From an uncultured delta proteobacterium (GTDB taxonomy: Bacteria > Desulfobacterota > Desulfobacteria > Desulfobacterales > JAFDCJ01), in NCBI GenBank assembly GCA_963769935.1, contig CAVYNY010000019.1, forward strand, positions 64,001-128,000: DNA of 64,000 nucleotides, read 5' to 3'. Positions 20,242 to 31,320 of the stretch are shown here, piece by piece; positions within the stretch are counted from its first letter, which is position 1, and each line of letters starts with the position of its first letter. The notes under the pieces are model-generated. The model had not been told where the DNA came from and searched no databases. It saw only the letters and a list, made by a program, of their open reading frames with translations. Both the position numbers and the translations under genes were made by a program.

Positions 20242-21417
20242 TTAAATATTCAATCTGCAATATTCAATCTTCAATTTATCCAGCCAGGCGGCCGTGTTGG
20301 CGGCGCCGTCCAGCTCAATTCCGACGGGCACTCGATCCGCGTTAGACAATGCCCGCGCCATGATGTCTGCCAGGCGGTCGGGCTCAAGGTCTTGATCTGC
20401 GACTACCTTCAGGATTCCCATTTGATCCAGGCGTTCAGCCCGCATCCGTTGCTCGCGATTCTGGGGAAACGGCCACACCAGGGCGGGCACCCCGGTTGCC
20501 AGAATGTTCATGGTTGTGTTGTACCCTCCCATGCTGACCGACAGATTTGCCGCCGCCATATATGATAGAAAGTCGGGACTGAACTTGTTTATCTCGACAT
20601 CCTTGCCGGCCAGCCGCTGCAGACGATTGAATTCCTCCTGATCCAGGTAAGGCCCGGTGAAAACTTTCAGATACGGCCGCTTTTTCATGCGCAGACGATC
20701 AAAGGCGCAGATAACCGCTTCCAGAAGCGGTGCGCCCACATTGCCCCCCCCGGCACTGGCAACGATCAGGATCTCATCCCGATCGATTTGCAGCCGACGA
20801 CGCATGTTTGCCCCGGCACCCGGTGGGGGTCGGCGGGCGATGTAACCGGTATATATCACGGGAATTCTTATTTCATCAAAGCGGGCAAAGGTTTCGCTGA
20901 TTCGCGCCAGATTTGGATCGGCATGCACCAGCACCGCATCGAAGCAGCGGTTGAGGGAGTTGACCGCCCGCAGCTCGTGTTTGGCCGCGTCCTCCTTTTC
21001 AACGAGGATATCCCGCACGCTGCAGACGACACGACAGGGGGGCAGCTTTTTTTCGCCGATGGCCTGCAAAACGGGATCGAGCTCAAAACGAAAGGCTTTG
21101 CGCCCGAAGGGATAAAGCTCCACCAGGAAAACATCCGGTTTTTCTTTTTCGAAAAGGTCGAACAACCGCTTTTGCCGCTGTTCCTTGATTCGATCCAGCG
21201 CGGTATTTTTTTGGGAACTGTAAAGCCCTTTAAATTCCCGGTTCATCTGCAGGTCGGGCAGGTTGATTTTACGGACATGCTCCGGCAAATCCGTCTCGAC
21301 CTGCGGGCCGCCGGTTACCAGGATCACCTCGTGTCCGGACAGCGCCCGGGCAATCTCCAGGCTGCGAAACAGGTGGCCGATTCCCAGAACATGCTGGCAG
21401 TATTGAATAATTTTCAT
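20242..21417 (-). CDS. COG4671/GT28-C-like glycosyltransferase
   Basis: YCQHVLGIGH, SVRDILVEK, SAGGG, SMGGYNT, REQRMRA; paralogue of 17858-19045. Confidence 0.9.
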   Translation of the reverse strand: MKIIQYCQHVLGIGHLFRSLEIARALSGHEVILVTGGPQVETDLPEHVRKINLPDLQMNREFKGLYSSQKNTALDRIKEQRQKRLFDLFEKEKPDVFLVELYPFGRKAFRFELDPVLQAIGEKKLPPCRVVCSVRDILVEKEDAAKHELRAVNSLNRCFDAVLVHADPNLARISETFARFDEIRIPVIYTGYIARRPPPGAGANMRRRLQIDRDEILIVASAGGGNVGAPLLEAVICAFDRLRMKKRPYLKVFTGPYLDQEEFNRLQRLAGKDVEINKFSPDFLSYMAAANLSVSMGGYNTTMNILATGVPALVWPFPQNREQRMRAERLDQMGILKVVADQDLEPDRLADIMARALSNADRVPVGIELDGAANTAAWLDKLKIEYCRLNI

Positions 21418-21421
21418 TGGA

Positions 21422-22842
21422 TTACATTTGTCTGAGATACCGCAAATTGCTTAACAGAATCGACACGGGTTCTTGGCTTTTCACGGGCAGCAAACTGACC
21501 GTCTGATCGGTGGCAACCCGCGGCAAACGCGGTTTGTGGATGGCAAGCCCGGGATGCACCCTTTGCAAAAAATCGCAGAGAATTTCACCGGCCATTTTGG
21601 CTGCGGCATACTCGCCCATATCCAAAGGAAGCTCCTCGATCGCCGCCGAGGAAGGATAGAAAACCTTCTGCAGGCCGGCAGTCGGATCCGCCACACACTG
21701 AACCGTCCGGAGAAACCCGGTGACATAGTACTCGCAAAAGGCGGCAAAGCGCTGCGGCGAAAATTTGCCTTTGGCTGCTCCAAAAATATAAGGCGTGGCG
21801 AAATAGTACAAATACAGAGGCCTGGACCGATTGACAAGCCTGTCGACCAGCCCTTGGGGCGGATCCAGAACATTCAGCGGCAGGCAATCCGCCCGGGCCC
21901 CCTGAGAGACAATTTCATCGACAATCCGTTGGGCGTCCTGCCGGCCGCGATAATAGGTAAGGATGACCTCGGCGCCGCCGGCAGCCAGGAGCTTGGCGGT
22001 GACTTCTCCCAACCCACGGGATCCTCCGACAATCAACGCCCGTTGGGCTGAAAACTCCTCCGGTTCAACCTGACGGCAGACGTCGCTAAAGGCGGCCTGC
22101 TTTTGGGGTTTGGGGCGCAGGAAGGCTTTTACCTCCCCCTTCACCCCCGGGGCTTCAACCTCAATTGAGACCAGAGCCAGGCGCTTGTTGCAATCCGCAA
22201 CCTGGTAATTCAGGGTCGCCGTGCCGGCAATCTCCGCAGAAAAAGTCAGATTGAGGCTTGAATAAATTGAGTGCTGCCCCGGGCATTCCATGCCGACCAG
22301 ACGCGTGGTCGCCAGCAGAGCGGCAAGCTGTATCGGAGGCAGCACCCGGATCAGATCGGGGAAAAGCCCGCCGGCAAGCTCAGCCATCCAAATAAAGGGC
22401 AACGGTGCCCGAAGCTGCCGTCACCTCGTCAAGCGAGCGTTCGCGGCATGCTTGCCGGTTCATGAGACATCTTTGGCAGCGTACCCGGGCAGTGATCCTG
22501 CAAAGGGCTCCCGCTAATTTCAATCCATGCCGCAGGCGTGCCGTCCGCCTCAAGTTTGATGGCGAACTGGTATTCATCCTGCCGGGTAACCAAGCCGCAG
22601 ACGGTTTGCCCCACACCGATTCCGGCCTGAAAATTGGCTTTGACCGTCCGCAGCGCCAGAGGTTTCGTTCGGGATTTCAGATGATCATTCAGACTCCACA
22701 ACAGGGCATGCAGACCATGGACGACCTGACGCCCGAACAGCAGACGCCTGGCAAGCACGGGATCCAGGTGCAGCGGATTATAATCGCCGGAGAGTTTGGC
22801 GAAGGCCACCTGATCGTCTGAGGTAAATACGCGTTGGATCAT
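21422..22842 (-). CDS. MaoC-type dehydratase + SDR/ketoreductase fusion (frameshift near 22420)
   Basis: FAKLSGDYNPLHLD..VVHG (MaoC), VGMECPG, GGSRGLG (Rossmann), YAAAK. Confidence 0.85.
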
Positions 22843-23135
22843 AGTTCGTTAGGCGGATAAGGGTGCCGAAACGACAATTTGTTTCAAAATTGTCGAGGGC
22901 AGTTGCATGTGAAATTTTTAAGGTTTCAGTGTTCAGCCCAGCCGCCGGCCAAAACAACGGCCGGTTTGATCGAAAATTAAAACTTTTGGAAATCGGACAA
23001 AGTTGGATTAAATATCACGCCCACTTCGTTAGAGCTCACAGAAATCGCAGTCCGCCGGAGGCGGATTTCTTTTGCCGCAGGCAGCTGTAAACCCAGACCT
23101 TCGTGATCTCTGAGCGCTCTGTGTGAGATGTGGTT

Positions 23136-24820
23136 TCATATAAGCTCAATATGCCCGGGAACGGAAAAAGGCTGTTTTGCGTCCATGATAAAACACTCCC
23201 CCTGCTGCTGGAATCGGGGCGCCAGGCTTTTAAAAAAATCCAGACACGGTTTATTTTTGGATGTAGAAGTATATCGGGCGTAAACGTTTGCGACTCCCAT
23301 TGCCTGCGCCTGGTGAATCGCGACGGCAAGCATGGTTTCTTCTATTTTGCGTCCCAGCACCCGGCAGCTCAGAATAAAATCCACAATTTGAGCGCTTCGA
23401 TCCTGAATTTCCAGGCTTATTATACCGGTTAAACCGGCGTCGCCGAATTTATCCGAGACGCGCAAGGTCCATAGCCGGTGGTGCTCCTGTTCGGCCCAAG
23501 CCATGAGTTCGGCTTCGGACATACGTCTGGTGGACAGGTTCATTTGATTGGTTTTGTTCAGCAGCTGCGTGGCCCGTTGCAGGTTGGCCGGATGAAGTTC
23601 TTCAACCTGAACCCGAATAGCTAGCCGCATTAGCCATTCCTCTAATGAACGGACTGTTTTTTTCAACTCCCGCCGTTTGGTTTCCGAGAGATACATGGTG
23701 GACCGGGCCAGGTCTTCCCGGCTGAGAGAAGGCATCTCAAAACACCGCAGACTGAGCAGGGTCGCCGGATAAAACAGCGGGTCTTCCGGCCAATCAGGCA
23801 CCAGAACCTCCGGCAGGCTCTCTTTGACCCGCGCCCGCTCAACGGGACTGTCGTCAATAAATACCGCCGACTGGGGCCCAAGATTCAATTCGGCCAGCAA
23901 ATCGATGATATTTTGAACTTTATCCTGCCAGTTAATTCGCCAGCCGGCAAAATCTTCCAACCTGAGCACCATTTCAGGGTGCTTCCCGATTGCTTCCAGC
24001 GCGACCTGCTCCTCATTTTTACTCACAATGGCCAGAAGAATCCCTCGATTCTGCATCGATTTCAAAGCGTGCTGGAAATCGACATAGGCCTCCCCGATGT
24101 GATGATGTCCGCCCAGGACAAGATTCTCCCACCCGGCATCACCGACGATGCCGCCCCACAGCGTATCATCCAGATCCACGATGATAAGTTTGCGTGCATA
24201 CCCGAGCATTCCGCGCAGGGCGGCTTTGATATCCCGGGCGGCCGCCTTGAAGACCTCGTTGCCGAACGGAATTTTTCCCAAATACCACAGCTTGGGGCTG
24301 AAGGCCTGGATGCCCTGCCGGTGCAATCCAGCGCTGGGTATTGAGAACATAGATGTTGGCGGCCTTTGCCAGATTCTCGGCCAGCCTGAGATTCATGCGC
24401 ATGAGGGTGTTCGTCGGCCCGATTTCGGTCTGCATGTCCAGCACCCCGAAGACGCTTCGATAGGAAGGCAGCACCCAGGATGGAACGAACGCATACTTCA
24501 CCCGCCCACTCATGTTTACCAGCAGCGCACAATATTCATCTACCTGTTGCAGCACCTTCTGCAGCGAAACCGGTTCATACTTAAGAAGCGCCTTAAAGGC
24601 CGGCACAACGGACTGGGGCCGGGTCCAGATCACGGCGACATCCGGCGTATTTTGCCAGCAGGGCAACTCCCGGTTTAGCAGGGTTGCAACCGGCTGCCCG
24701 AACGGGGCGGAAATCGGCTTGATGCCCGGGAAATTCCGGATCATTGGCGATATAACCGGCGAAATTCTGCAGATTAAAATCTGAGACGAGAACACATGTG
24801 TAGGGTTGCTTATCCAGCAT
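23136..24820 (-). CDS. fkbH: FkbH-like HAD-IIIC glyceryl transferase/phosphatase (frameshifts near 24725 and 24325)
   Basis: IIVDLDDTLWGG, SKN, FIDDSPVER, QLLNKTNQMNL, DKFGDAG, LSCRVLGR. N-terminus MLDKQPYTCVLVSDF lies in a different frame. Confidence 0.88.
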
Positions 24821-25113
24821 TTTTTTCGTCCAGCCGCAGGTGGATGTAGTCGGCAAGCGTGCCAAGGGTGCGAAACACCTGATTGATCCGAGACAATGTG
24901 CGCTCATCGGTCAACAAAACGGGCCTGCCAAATTCGGCGGCTGTCTTTTGTTCCGTCACGGCAATCAGGTTAATCAGTCCCGCTGAATCCAATCGGCCGG
25001 AATCACCGGCCAGACGGTGTCTCCAGGTCTTTATCCAGGTGTTCATCCGGCGGCCGCAGCTGGTTGAGTTCGTCAATAACACTGAACAGCATTTGCGTAA
25101 TTTGGGCGTGCAT
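24810..25113 (-). CDS. Stand-alone acyl carrier protein (frameshift near 25015)
   Basis: MHAQITQMLFSVIDELNQ...GRLDSAGLINLI...FRTLGTLADYI; DS phosphopantetheine motif. Confidence 0.8.
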
Positions 25114-25227
25114 TGTCCGGGTTATTCCTTACTGTTCAAAAAAGTTATGGGCTTCGCATTTGCCGGTTTGCCTGTTTGCCGGTTTACTTAACCGGCTCAC
25201 GGGTTAACAGGTCAACGGGCTAACGGA

Positions 25228-26352
25228 TCAATAAAACGCGAGATCTCCGTCACCACCTTGCAGGCGGCAGTTTGCCAGGGGGATACCGGCAAACGCTTTC
25301 GATAGGAGAAATCCTCTCGATTTTTTTTTGGCAGACCAGCAGGGACAGCCGAGCCTTAAAAAATCTGCCGCCAACCGCTCGTCATACAGGCTGAGGATGC
25401 TTACATCCATCGCCAGCGCGTGTTGGAATGCTGCCGCCGTAATTGAAGGCGCGTGCCGGCTCTCAAAATAGGCATACACGACACTCATCCGATCATCACG
25501 CACTTTCAGCAGTAAAAATCCGATCATCTCATTGTGGTGCTCAAATACCTTGACGCCCAGATTCAGAAATCGGCCGGCGCGTGACGAAAAATAGTATCTT
25601 TTGCCGGCCGAATCTTTGAACGGCGCCGATAATATCCAGGGGTTGTTCATGATCCAGCTGAGGTCGGACTTTTCTTTGCGGGTCAGATCGTGCCGGTGAT
25701 GCTGTTTTATAAAACGGTCTGTCTCTTCATCGATGGTTGCGATATATTCGAACGTCAGATGCCGGCAGTGATTGCTGCGTCTTTGCCAGAAAAAATTTCT
25801 GAGATTCACGACTTCATCCGCCATGGCATCAAAGATTTTAAATACTACCCGCAATATCTTCAACGCCGGGAGCCGGCGGGAAATACTTGCACTAATATTC
25901 AACCGCAGCCGGATATCCAGTCCCTGCAAGGGATTTAAAGCCATAAACTTTTGAGAAGCCTGCAGCGCCAGCCCGGCCTCCCGGGAGCTTCCGGACACGC
26001 CGATATGCTGGTCATAGGCGTTTAGGGCCTTAAAAAGCAGAATGGTCCCGACGCCCGCGGTTGCCCGAGAGGGATCGACCCACCAGCTGGTCAACCAGCC
26101 CAATTTGTAGACAACGTCATTGACAAAGATTTTATCGGGAAGAATTCCGAGATAGCCGATCACCCGGTTATCCCGGTAGGCAACCAGCAGGACGGGATCA
26201 TCCGCATCCGCCCGGGGGTTGCGGCTGTATGACAACGCGCGGTGTTTGGTTATCGGCAGGGTTTGGGTCAGCCAGAAATCTTCTGACGCCAGCGCCGTCT
26301 TTAAATCGGCGACCGTAAAGGCTTTAATTTCCATCGCGTCCCGGTTTTCCAT
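25228..26352 (-). CDS. GNAT-fold acyltransferase
   Basis: LLVAYRDNRVIGYLG, WWVDPSRATAGVGTILL, C-terminal GDGD; two-GNAT-domain size. Confidence 0.7.
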   Translation of the reverse strand: MENRDAMEIKAFTVADLKTALASEDFWLTQTLPITKHRALSYSRNPRADADDPVLLVAYRDNRVIGYLGILPDKIFVNDVVYKLGWLTSWWVDPSRATAGVGTILLFKALNAYDQHIGVSGSSREAGLALQASQKFMALNPLQGLDIRLRLNISASISRRLPALKILRVVFKIFDAMADEVVNLRNFFWQRRSNHCRHLTFEYIATIDEETDRFIKQHHRHDLTRKEKSDLSWIMNNPWILSAPFKDSAGKRYYFSSRAGRFLNLGVKVFEHHNEMIGFLLLKVRDDRMSVVYAYFESRHAPSITAAAFQHALAMDVSILSLYDERLAADFLRLGCPCWSAKKKSRGFLLSKAFAGIPLANCRLQGGDGDLAFY

Positions 26353-26419
26353 AAGGTTTAATTAAACCTGAGCTGAACGATTCCAATACGAAGATTGAAA
26401 CAGGTGCAAAAACATTTTC

Positions 26420-26492
26420 GCCACCAAGACACCAAGACGCAAAGAGGAATATTAACCAACGGTTTCGCTTTGTGTCTTGGTGCCTTTGTGGC
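26420..26492. repeat. Inverted pair of 8-mer arrays (CACCAAGA / TCTTGGTG)
   Basis: gccaccaagacaccaagacgcaaag ... tttgtgtcttggtgcctttgtggc. Confidence 0.75.
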
Positions 26493-26667
26493 AATTTATT
26501 CAGGCTTTTCCGGATTAGGATAGAATGTTCCGCTCATATACGGTCCGAGTATAGCGCAAAGGAATCGGCTGTCAAGCCGGAAGTATGGACAGTGTTTTGC
26601 TGCGTCTCAAGAAACCTGGAAAGCGACGGTCTACCAGTATTCCACCATTCCAATCGGGGCGAAGCCC

Positions 26668-27408
26668 CTAGCTTGCGACAAGGCTGTCGATATCGATTCT
26701 GCCGAGCACTTCGGTACTTATCCCGGGCCGGGCGGCAAAGAATTTTTTAAACCCGTAGGATTTGAGAATGGCGATGAGTTTTTCAGTGTACTCGTTGAAC
26801 GGAAAGCAGTACAGATCAGGTCGCAAAGCCAGGTTGTCCTCCATCCACCTCAGGCACAGCTCGGTATCATATTTAATGTAGTCTTCCCATTGCGCTTCCG
26901 TCCTGCGGGTCAGGACCTCATCTTTAAAATAATAGCCCTGAAATACCAGCTTGGAGCGGATGCTCAGGTTGCGGGCCGATATTTCAGGCCGATTTTTAAA
27001 GCGCGCCAGTTTCCATGGACTGAGCGGCTTGCGCCGGCGGGCATGAGTTGCGGTTAAGATCACGTCATGAAAATGACTGTGAACGCCGATTCTCACATTC
27101 GGCCGGGCGCATAATGCCTGAATTTCGTCCACCGTCATGAAATGATCATAGCGGCCTTCGATAAATGTCCGGTAGGCATACTTTTTGGTTTTTAGATGGG
27201 CGATGTATTCGCCGTCAAACATGGGCCGGGCCTTGCCGGGCTTAACAAAAGAGGTGGTGATAAAGAAGGTTAATTCAGCGGGATGTTTTTTCAGCAGAGG
27301 CAGATAATAATACTGTGAAAAAAGACCGTCATCAAAAGTCAGGCGGTACCGGTCAAGTCTTAAATCGAAATATTCTTTACGGATATCATGGATCATCAGG
27401 TATTGCAT
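26668..27408 (-). CDS. Polysaccharide deacetylase family protein
   Basis: LTFDDG, GVHSHFH, YCFPFN. Confidence 0.8.
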   Translation of the reverse strand: MQYLMIHDIRKEYFDLRLDRYRLTFDDGLFSQYYYLPLLKKHPAELTFFITTSFVKPGKARPMFDGEYIAHLKTKKYAYRTFIEGRYDHFMTVDEIQALCARPNVRIGVHSHFHDVILTATHARRRKPLSPWKLARFKNRPEISARNLSIRSKLVFQGYYFKDEVLTRRTEAQWEDYIKYDTELCLRWMEDNLALRPDLYCFPFNEYTEKLIAILKSYGFKKFFAARPGISTEVLGRIDIDSLVAS

Positions 27409-27487
27409 GCGAATTCCGCTTTGTCAGGTTTGGATCATGAGGATTAACTGGTAATATGACAGTTGCCTGCTAATTCGAAATTAATAA

Positions 27488-27798
27488 AATTCCAAGCACC
27501 AAATACCAAAACTCAAACAAATCCCAATAACCAAAATTCAAAATTCCAAACTTATAATCCTTACTATAGCTTTTCTCAAGCGCATCGTCAGCGGCAGACC
27601 AGGGTCTATAAACGATGCGTATCAACTATGGAAAATGTTTTGGTCATTGAATATTTGAATTTGGGATTTACCTGCCCTGTTAAATTGCCCTGCAGAATTT
27701 GTGTGACAGGTCGAAAATATGATCTTCATAACTAACACCTTTACGGATTTGTCGAATTATTTAACAGGGTAAATAATTTGGTGCTTGAGATTTCAGAT
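27488..27798. repeat. AT-rich element with inverted AAATTCC/TTGGAAT-type arms and a nested inverted repeat
   Basis: Left arm aaattccaagcaccaaataccaaa; right arm ttgggattta...aatttggtgcttgagattt. Nested ccctgttaaat (27675-27685) / atttaacaggg (27759-27769). Related sequence at 29940-30010 and 50836-50997. Confidence 0.7.
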
Positions 27799-27860
27799 TT
27801 CTTATTTAACCTTGTTAATGCAAGTGAATCAGAACTATTTTTTGATGTTATCTGACCTCA

Positions 27861-28490
27861 TTAAGCATCGGGAATAAGGTCAAGTGCATTTACTTCTCCT
27901 ATCCGGAGCCTGCAGCGGCGGTGAATCAGCCAGTGAAGCTGATAGGATTCAAGAATCGGGGGCTCGCCGGGCAGAAACTTGCGGCCGCACAAATGATAAA
28001 TTAGGCTTTTAACCACCCCTTCATGAGTAACCACCAAAAGAGTTTGGCCGGGATACCGTTCGGCCGCTTCCTGCAATGCCATTTGGCTTCTCTGCAAGAC
28101 ACGGCGACGGGATTCTCCCCCGGGTGGACAAAAATCCCAGCCGGCATTTACCTGCTTGTCCAATATCCGGGTGGCTTCAGCTTCGATCTCGGGGATGGCC
28201 TTTCCCGCCCAATGGCCCCAATCCTGTTCTCTGAGCCGTGAATCGACGGTCAGCGGTACCTTCAAATAGGCATTGATTATCTCCGCCGTTGCCACAGCGC
28301 GCCCGGTATCACTGGCAAGAAGACGATTCCAGGAGAATGGCTCTAAAATCCGGCCCCAGCGGGATGCCTGCAGTTCGCCTTCCGGGGTCAACGGAGAGTC
28401 GCTGTGCCCCTGGATCTTTCTTTCTCGATTCCAAACGGTTTGCGCGTGGCGGATCAGGCCAAAGCGGGTAATTTTTGCTAAATCCTGCAT
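27861..28490 (-). CDS. Histidine phosphatase (PGM family)
   Basis: LIRHAQTVWN, ASDTGRA, LREQDWG, GGES, VTHEG. Confidence 0.9.
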   Translation of the reverse strand: MQDLAKITRFGLIRHAQTVWNRERKIQGHSDSPLTPEGELQASRWGRILEPFSWNRLLASDTGRAVATAEIINAYLKVPLTVDSRLREQDWGHWAGKAIPEIEAEATRILDKQVNAGWDFCPPGGESRRRVLQRSQMALQEAAERYPGQTLLVVTHEGVVKSLIYHLCGRKFLPGEPPILESYQLHWLIHRRCRLRIGEVNALDLIPDA

Positions 28491-28546
28491 ACAGCTTTAC
28501 TTTTAAACCGGTGTAGTAACGAAATTATCTTTATTAAAAGTTATAC

Positions 28547-28661
28547 ACAGCGTCATAATTAATCCGCCCTGAGATATAGAACCTTCAGGGTTGAATTTTG
28601 TGCGTTGACAACTTAAGAAAGTTGTTAAATTCGAGATCCGGCGGATTAATTATGACGCTGT
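28547..28661. mobile_element. MITE-like element, copy 2, with 22-bp perfect inverted repeat
   Basis: acagcgtcataattaatccgcc (28547-28568) / ggcggattaattatgacgctgt (28640-28661). Confidence 0.75.
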
Positions 28662-29787
28662 TGCGCGATTGATTTAAGCGATATCTCAAGCTGCTGATAA
28701 TTTTTATTTAAATCATGAAATTCGCGCACATAGGATTTCGCGGCCAGCCCCATTTGTTGTCTCAGGTTTTTATCGGTCATCAGGCGCTGAATGGCATCCG
28801 TAAAGGAATCCAACGCATACATCGGCACCAGAATGGCGGTTTTACCGTCCTGCACGGCTTCCGGAACGCCGGCATTGTCAAAGGCCACCACCGGCAGCCC
28901 GCAGGATTGCGCCTCCAGATAAACCATGCCTAACGATTCCCGGATGCCGGGAAATACGAATAGATCGGCCGCACTATAGAAACGATACATTTCCCCGCGC
29001 GGTATTTTCCCCACAAAGTGCACCCGGCCCGGCACATGCTCGCCGGCCAGTTGCGCAAGCTTTCCTCGCGCGCGGCCGTCTCCGGCGATGACCAGACGGA
29101 AGTTAAGACCCCGGCGCAGTAGTTCGCCGCAGGCCCGAATCACCCAGGTGAGCCCTTCGGTTTTGACATCCTGTCTGAACATGGCGGCTGAAAAAATTAC
29201 CGGTTCATCGGCCGCATGCCATTTTTTCCTCAACTCCCGGCGGGCTTGGGCATCAAAGGAAAAATCAGCGGGGATGATACCCGGCGCCACATAGGTCACC
29301 CGGCTCGCCGGCAAAAGACGCTTGAGGTTGAGCAGATCGACGGATTTATTGGCGAAAACGTGATCGGCGCAACGCAGGGTATTTTGGTTCAGATAAAACC
29401 CGGGTTTGGTAATCCACCGGCGCCTTCTTTTGGTGGAGTAGATGCCCTGGAATATGACATAGGGGATATTCAATTTGCCGGCAACAGGCGGGCCCAGTAA
29501 ATCCGGCGCCTTGTAATAGCTGTGATAGGTAAGCCATAAGTCGGCGACCTGGGCGGAAAGCTTGCGGACCACCCGCCTTCTTTCCCGGAACAATCCCGGC
29601 CAGAGCCAGGGCCTCCAGTAGATCCAGCGACACCGTAAATTGCTGATCGGAAAAACCTGGTGGCCGCGTTGCGCCAGAAAATCGAAGATCCCGGTGGCCG
29701 TAACAAGATCGCCGGAAGGATGCGGATGGCCCAGGGGTTTGAATGGTGCATAGAAGCATATTCGCAAAGAGCAAGGCGTCGTGCGCA
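28646..29787 (-). CDS. GT4 glycosyltransferase
   Basis: FYAPFKPLGHPHPSGD, YHSYYKAPD, ESLGMVYLEAQSCGLPVVA. Start approximate. Confidence 0.88.
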
Positions 29788-30075
29788 TAGAGCATAGGGT
29801 AGAGGACATGGCAAACATCAAATACTTCGCAAATCAATATTCAATGACCATAACAAAACATAAATCACCGTAAACTCCCATCGTTTTGCACAGGATGGTC
29901 TAATTGAAATGATGTCTTTGGAAAATTGAAGAAGACGCATTTGTTTGGAATTTTGAATTTAGGTAATTGAGTTTTGTTTGGGATTTGGTTTTTGGTATTT
30001 GGAATTTTCACCAATTTCATTTTTCGAATTTTGCATTCCGAATTCCCCATTCCGAATTCTCGTACGCCCTCGGCC

Positions 30076-31320
30076 CTATATCTCCTTTTTGTACACTTCG
30101 GCGAGATCCTGCACCAGCCGGCGATTGTCGAAATCCCTTACAACCCGCTGTCGGCCGGCCGCCGAGACCTGGTTTCTCAATTGCGCATCGGTCAGCATGC
30201 GCAGCATGGCCCCGGCCAGTTTATCCGGATCGCCGGGCGGCACCAGCACACCGGTTTTTCCATTTTCCACCAGTTCGGGAATCCCCGAAATATTGGTCGC
30301 AACCACCGGCACGCCCATGGCCATGCTCTCCACCAGGACGTTGGGAATGCCGTCGCGGTCTCCATCCGGAGCGACTTCACAGCCAAGCACGAAGAGATCG
30401 GCATTTTTGTATTGCTCTAGAACGACATCATGGGGGCGGGTTCCCAGCAGCTGTGTCACAGAGGTCAGTCCCAGTTCTCTGATAAGCGACAGGATTTTTT
30501 CGCGCTCTTCACCACCGCCGATATGGGTGTGTAAAAATGCAACCTGCTGATCGCGTAAAATTTTAAGTGCTTTGTAAATTGTGGGCAGGCCCTTTTTGGC
30601 CGATAGACGGGCAATGGTCAGAATCCGGTAGGGCTGCACGGGATTGCTCACAATTTCACTTCCCCGCGAAAAAAGCTCGATATCAATGCCATGATAGATG
30701 CAATGAATCGGGGTTTTATGACCGTCGGCCAGCTCAAGCAGGTGTCGCCGGTTGTATTCGGTGCAGGTAACGACAAACCGGGCCAACCCGATTTTTTCTC
30801 GCAGCTGCCCGGGATCGGATGTATAGATATCTTTGGCATGGGCGGTAAAACTAAACGGCAATCCACTCAGCTGACCGGTGAACATGGCCACCGATGTGGG
30901 TGAATGGGCAAAATGGGCATGCAGATGGGTCACGCGGCTGGCCTCCAGCAACCGATGCACCAGATAGCCTGCCTGCAGCAGATGCTTGATGGTAGCCGAC
31001 TTGCGCGTTCGCAGGAACCTGCGATAGGCCGTTTTCAGTGCCGCGCCGTAAACCTTAGGTTTTTTGGCAGCCAGACGGCAATTATGGTAAACCAGCCGCG
31101 GCAGCGGCTTTATTAAGGTTTCGGGCAGGTAGTCGACCGGAGCCTTGATTTTTTTGACGCTGTCATGGGTAAAGTTTTCCCGCGGCTGGCGCATTGAAAA
31201 CAGGTGAATGGCAAAACCGAGTTTTTCAAGCAGACGGATTTCGTTGGAGATAAAGGTTTCGGAAATGCGGGGGTACCCTTTCAGGATCATCCCCAGAACC
31301 GGTGGGTTGAATGTGCTCAT
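30076..31320 (-). CDS. GT4 glycosyltransferase
   Basis: LKGYPRISETFISNEI, HLHAHFAH, TAHAKDIY, DGIPNVLVESMAMG. Confidence 0.92.
   Translation of the reverse strand: MSTFNPPVLGMILKGYPRISETFISNEIRLLEKLGFAIHLFSMRQPRENFTHDSVKKIKAPVDYLPETLIKPLPRLVYHNCRLAAKKPKVYGAALKTAYRRFLRTRKSATIKHLLQAGYLVHRLLEASRVTHLHAHFAHSPTSVAMFTGQLSGLPFSFTAHAKDIYTSDPGQLREKIGLARFVVTCTEYNRRHLLELADGHKTPIHCIYHGIDIELFSRGSEIVSNPVQPYRILTIARLSAKKGLPTIYKALKILRDQQVAFLHTHIGGGEEREKILSLIRELGLTSVTQLLGTRPHDVVLEQYKNADLFVLGCEVAPDGDRDGIPNVLVESMAMGVPVVATNISGIPELVENGKTGVLVPPGDPDKLAGAMLRMLTDAQLRNQVSAAGRQRVVRDFDNRRLVQDLAEVYKKEI

Noticed and set aside
21422..25113. Polyketide biosynthetic gene cluster
   Set aside because: No ketosynthase, AT or NRPS module in the window.
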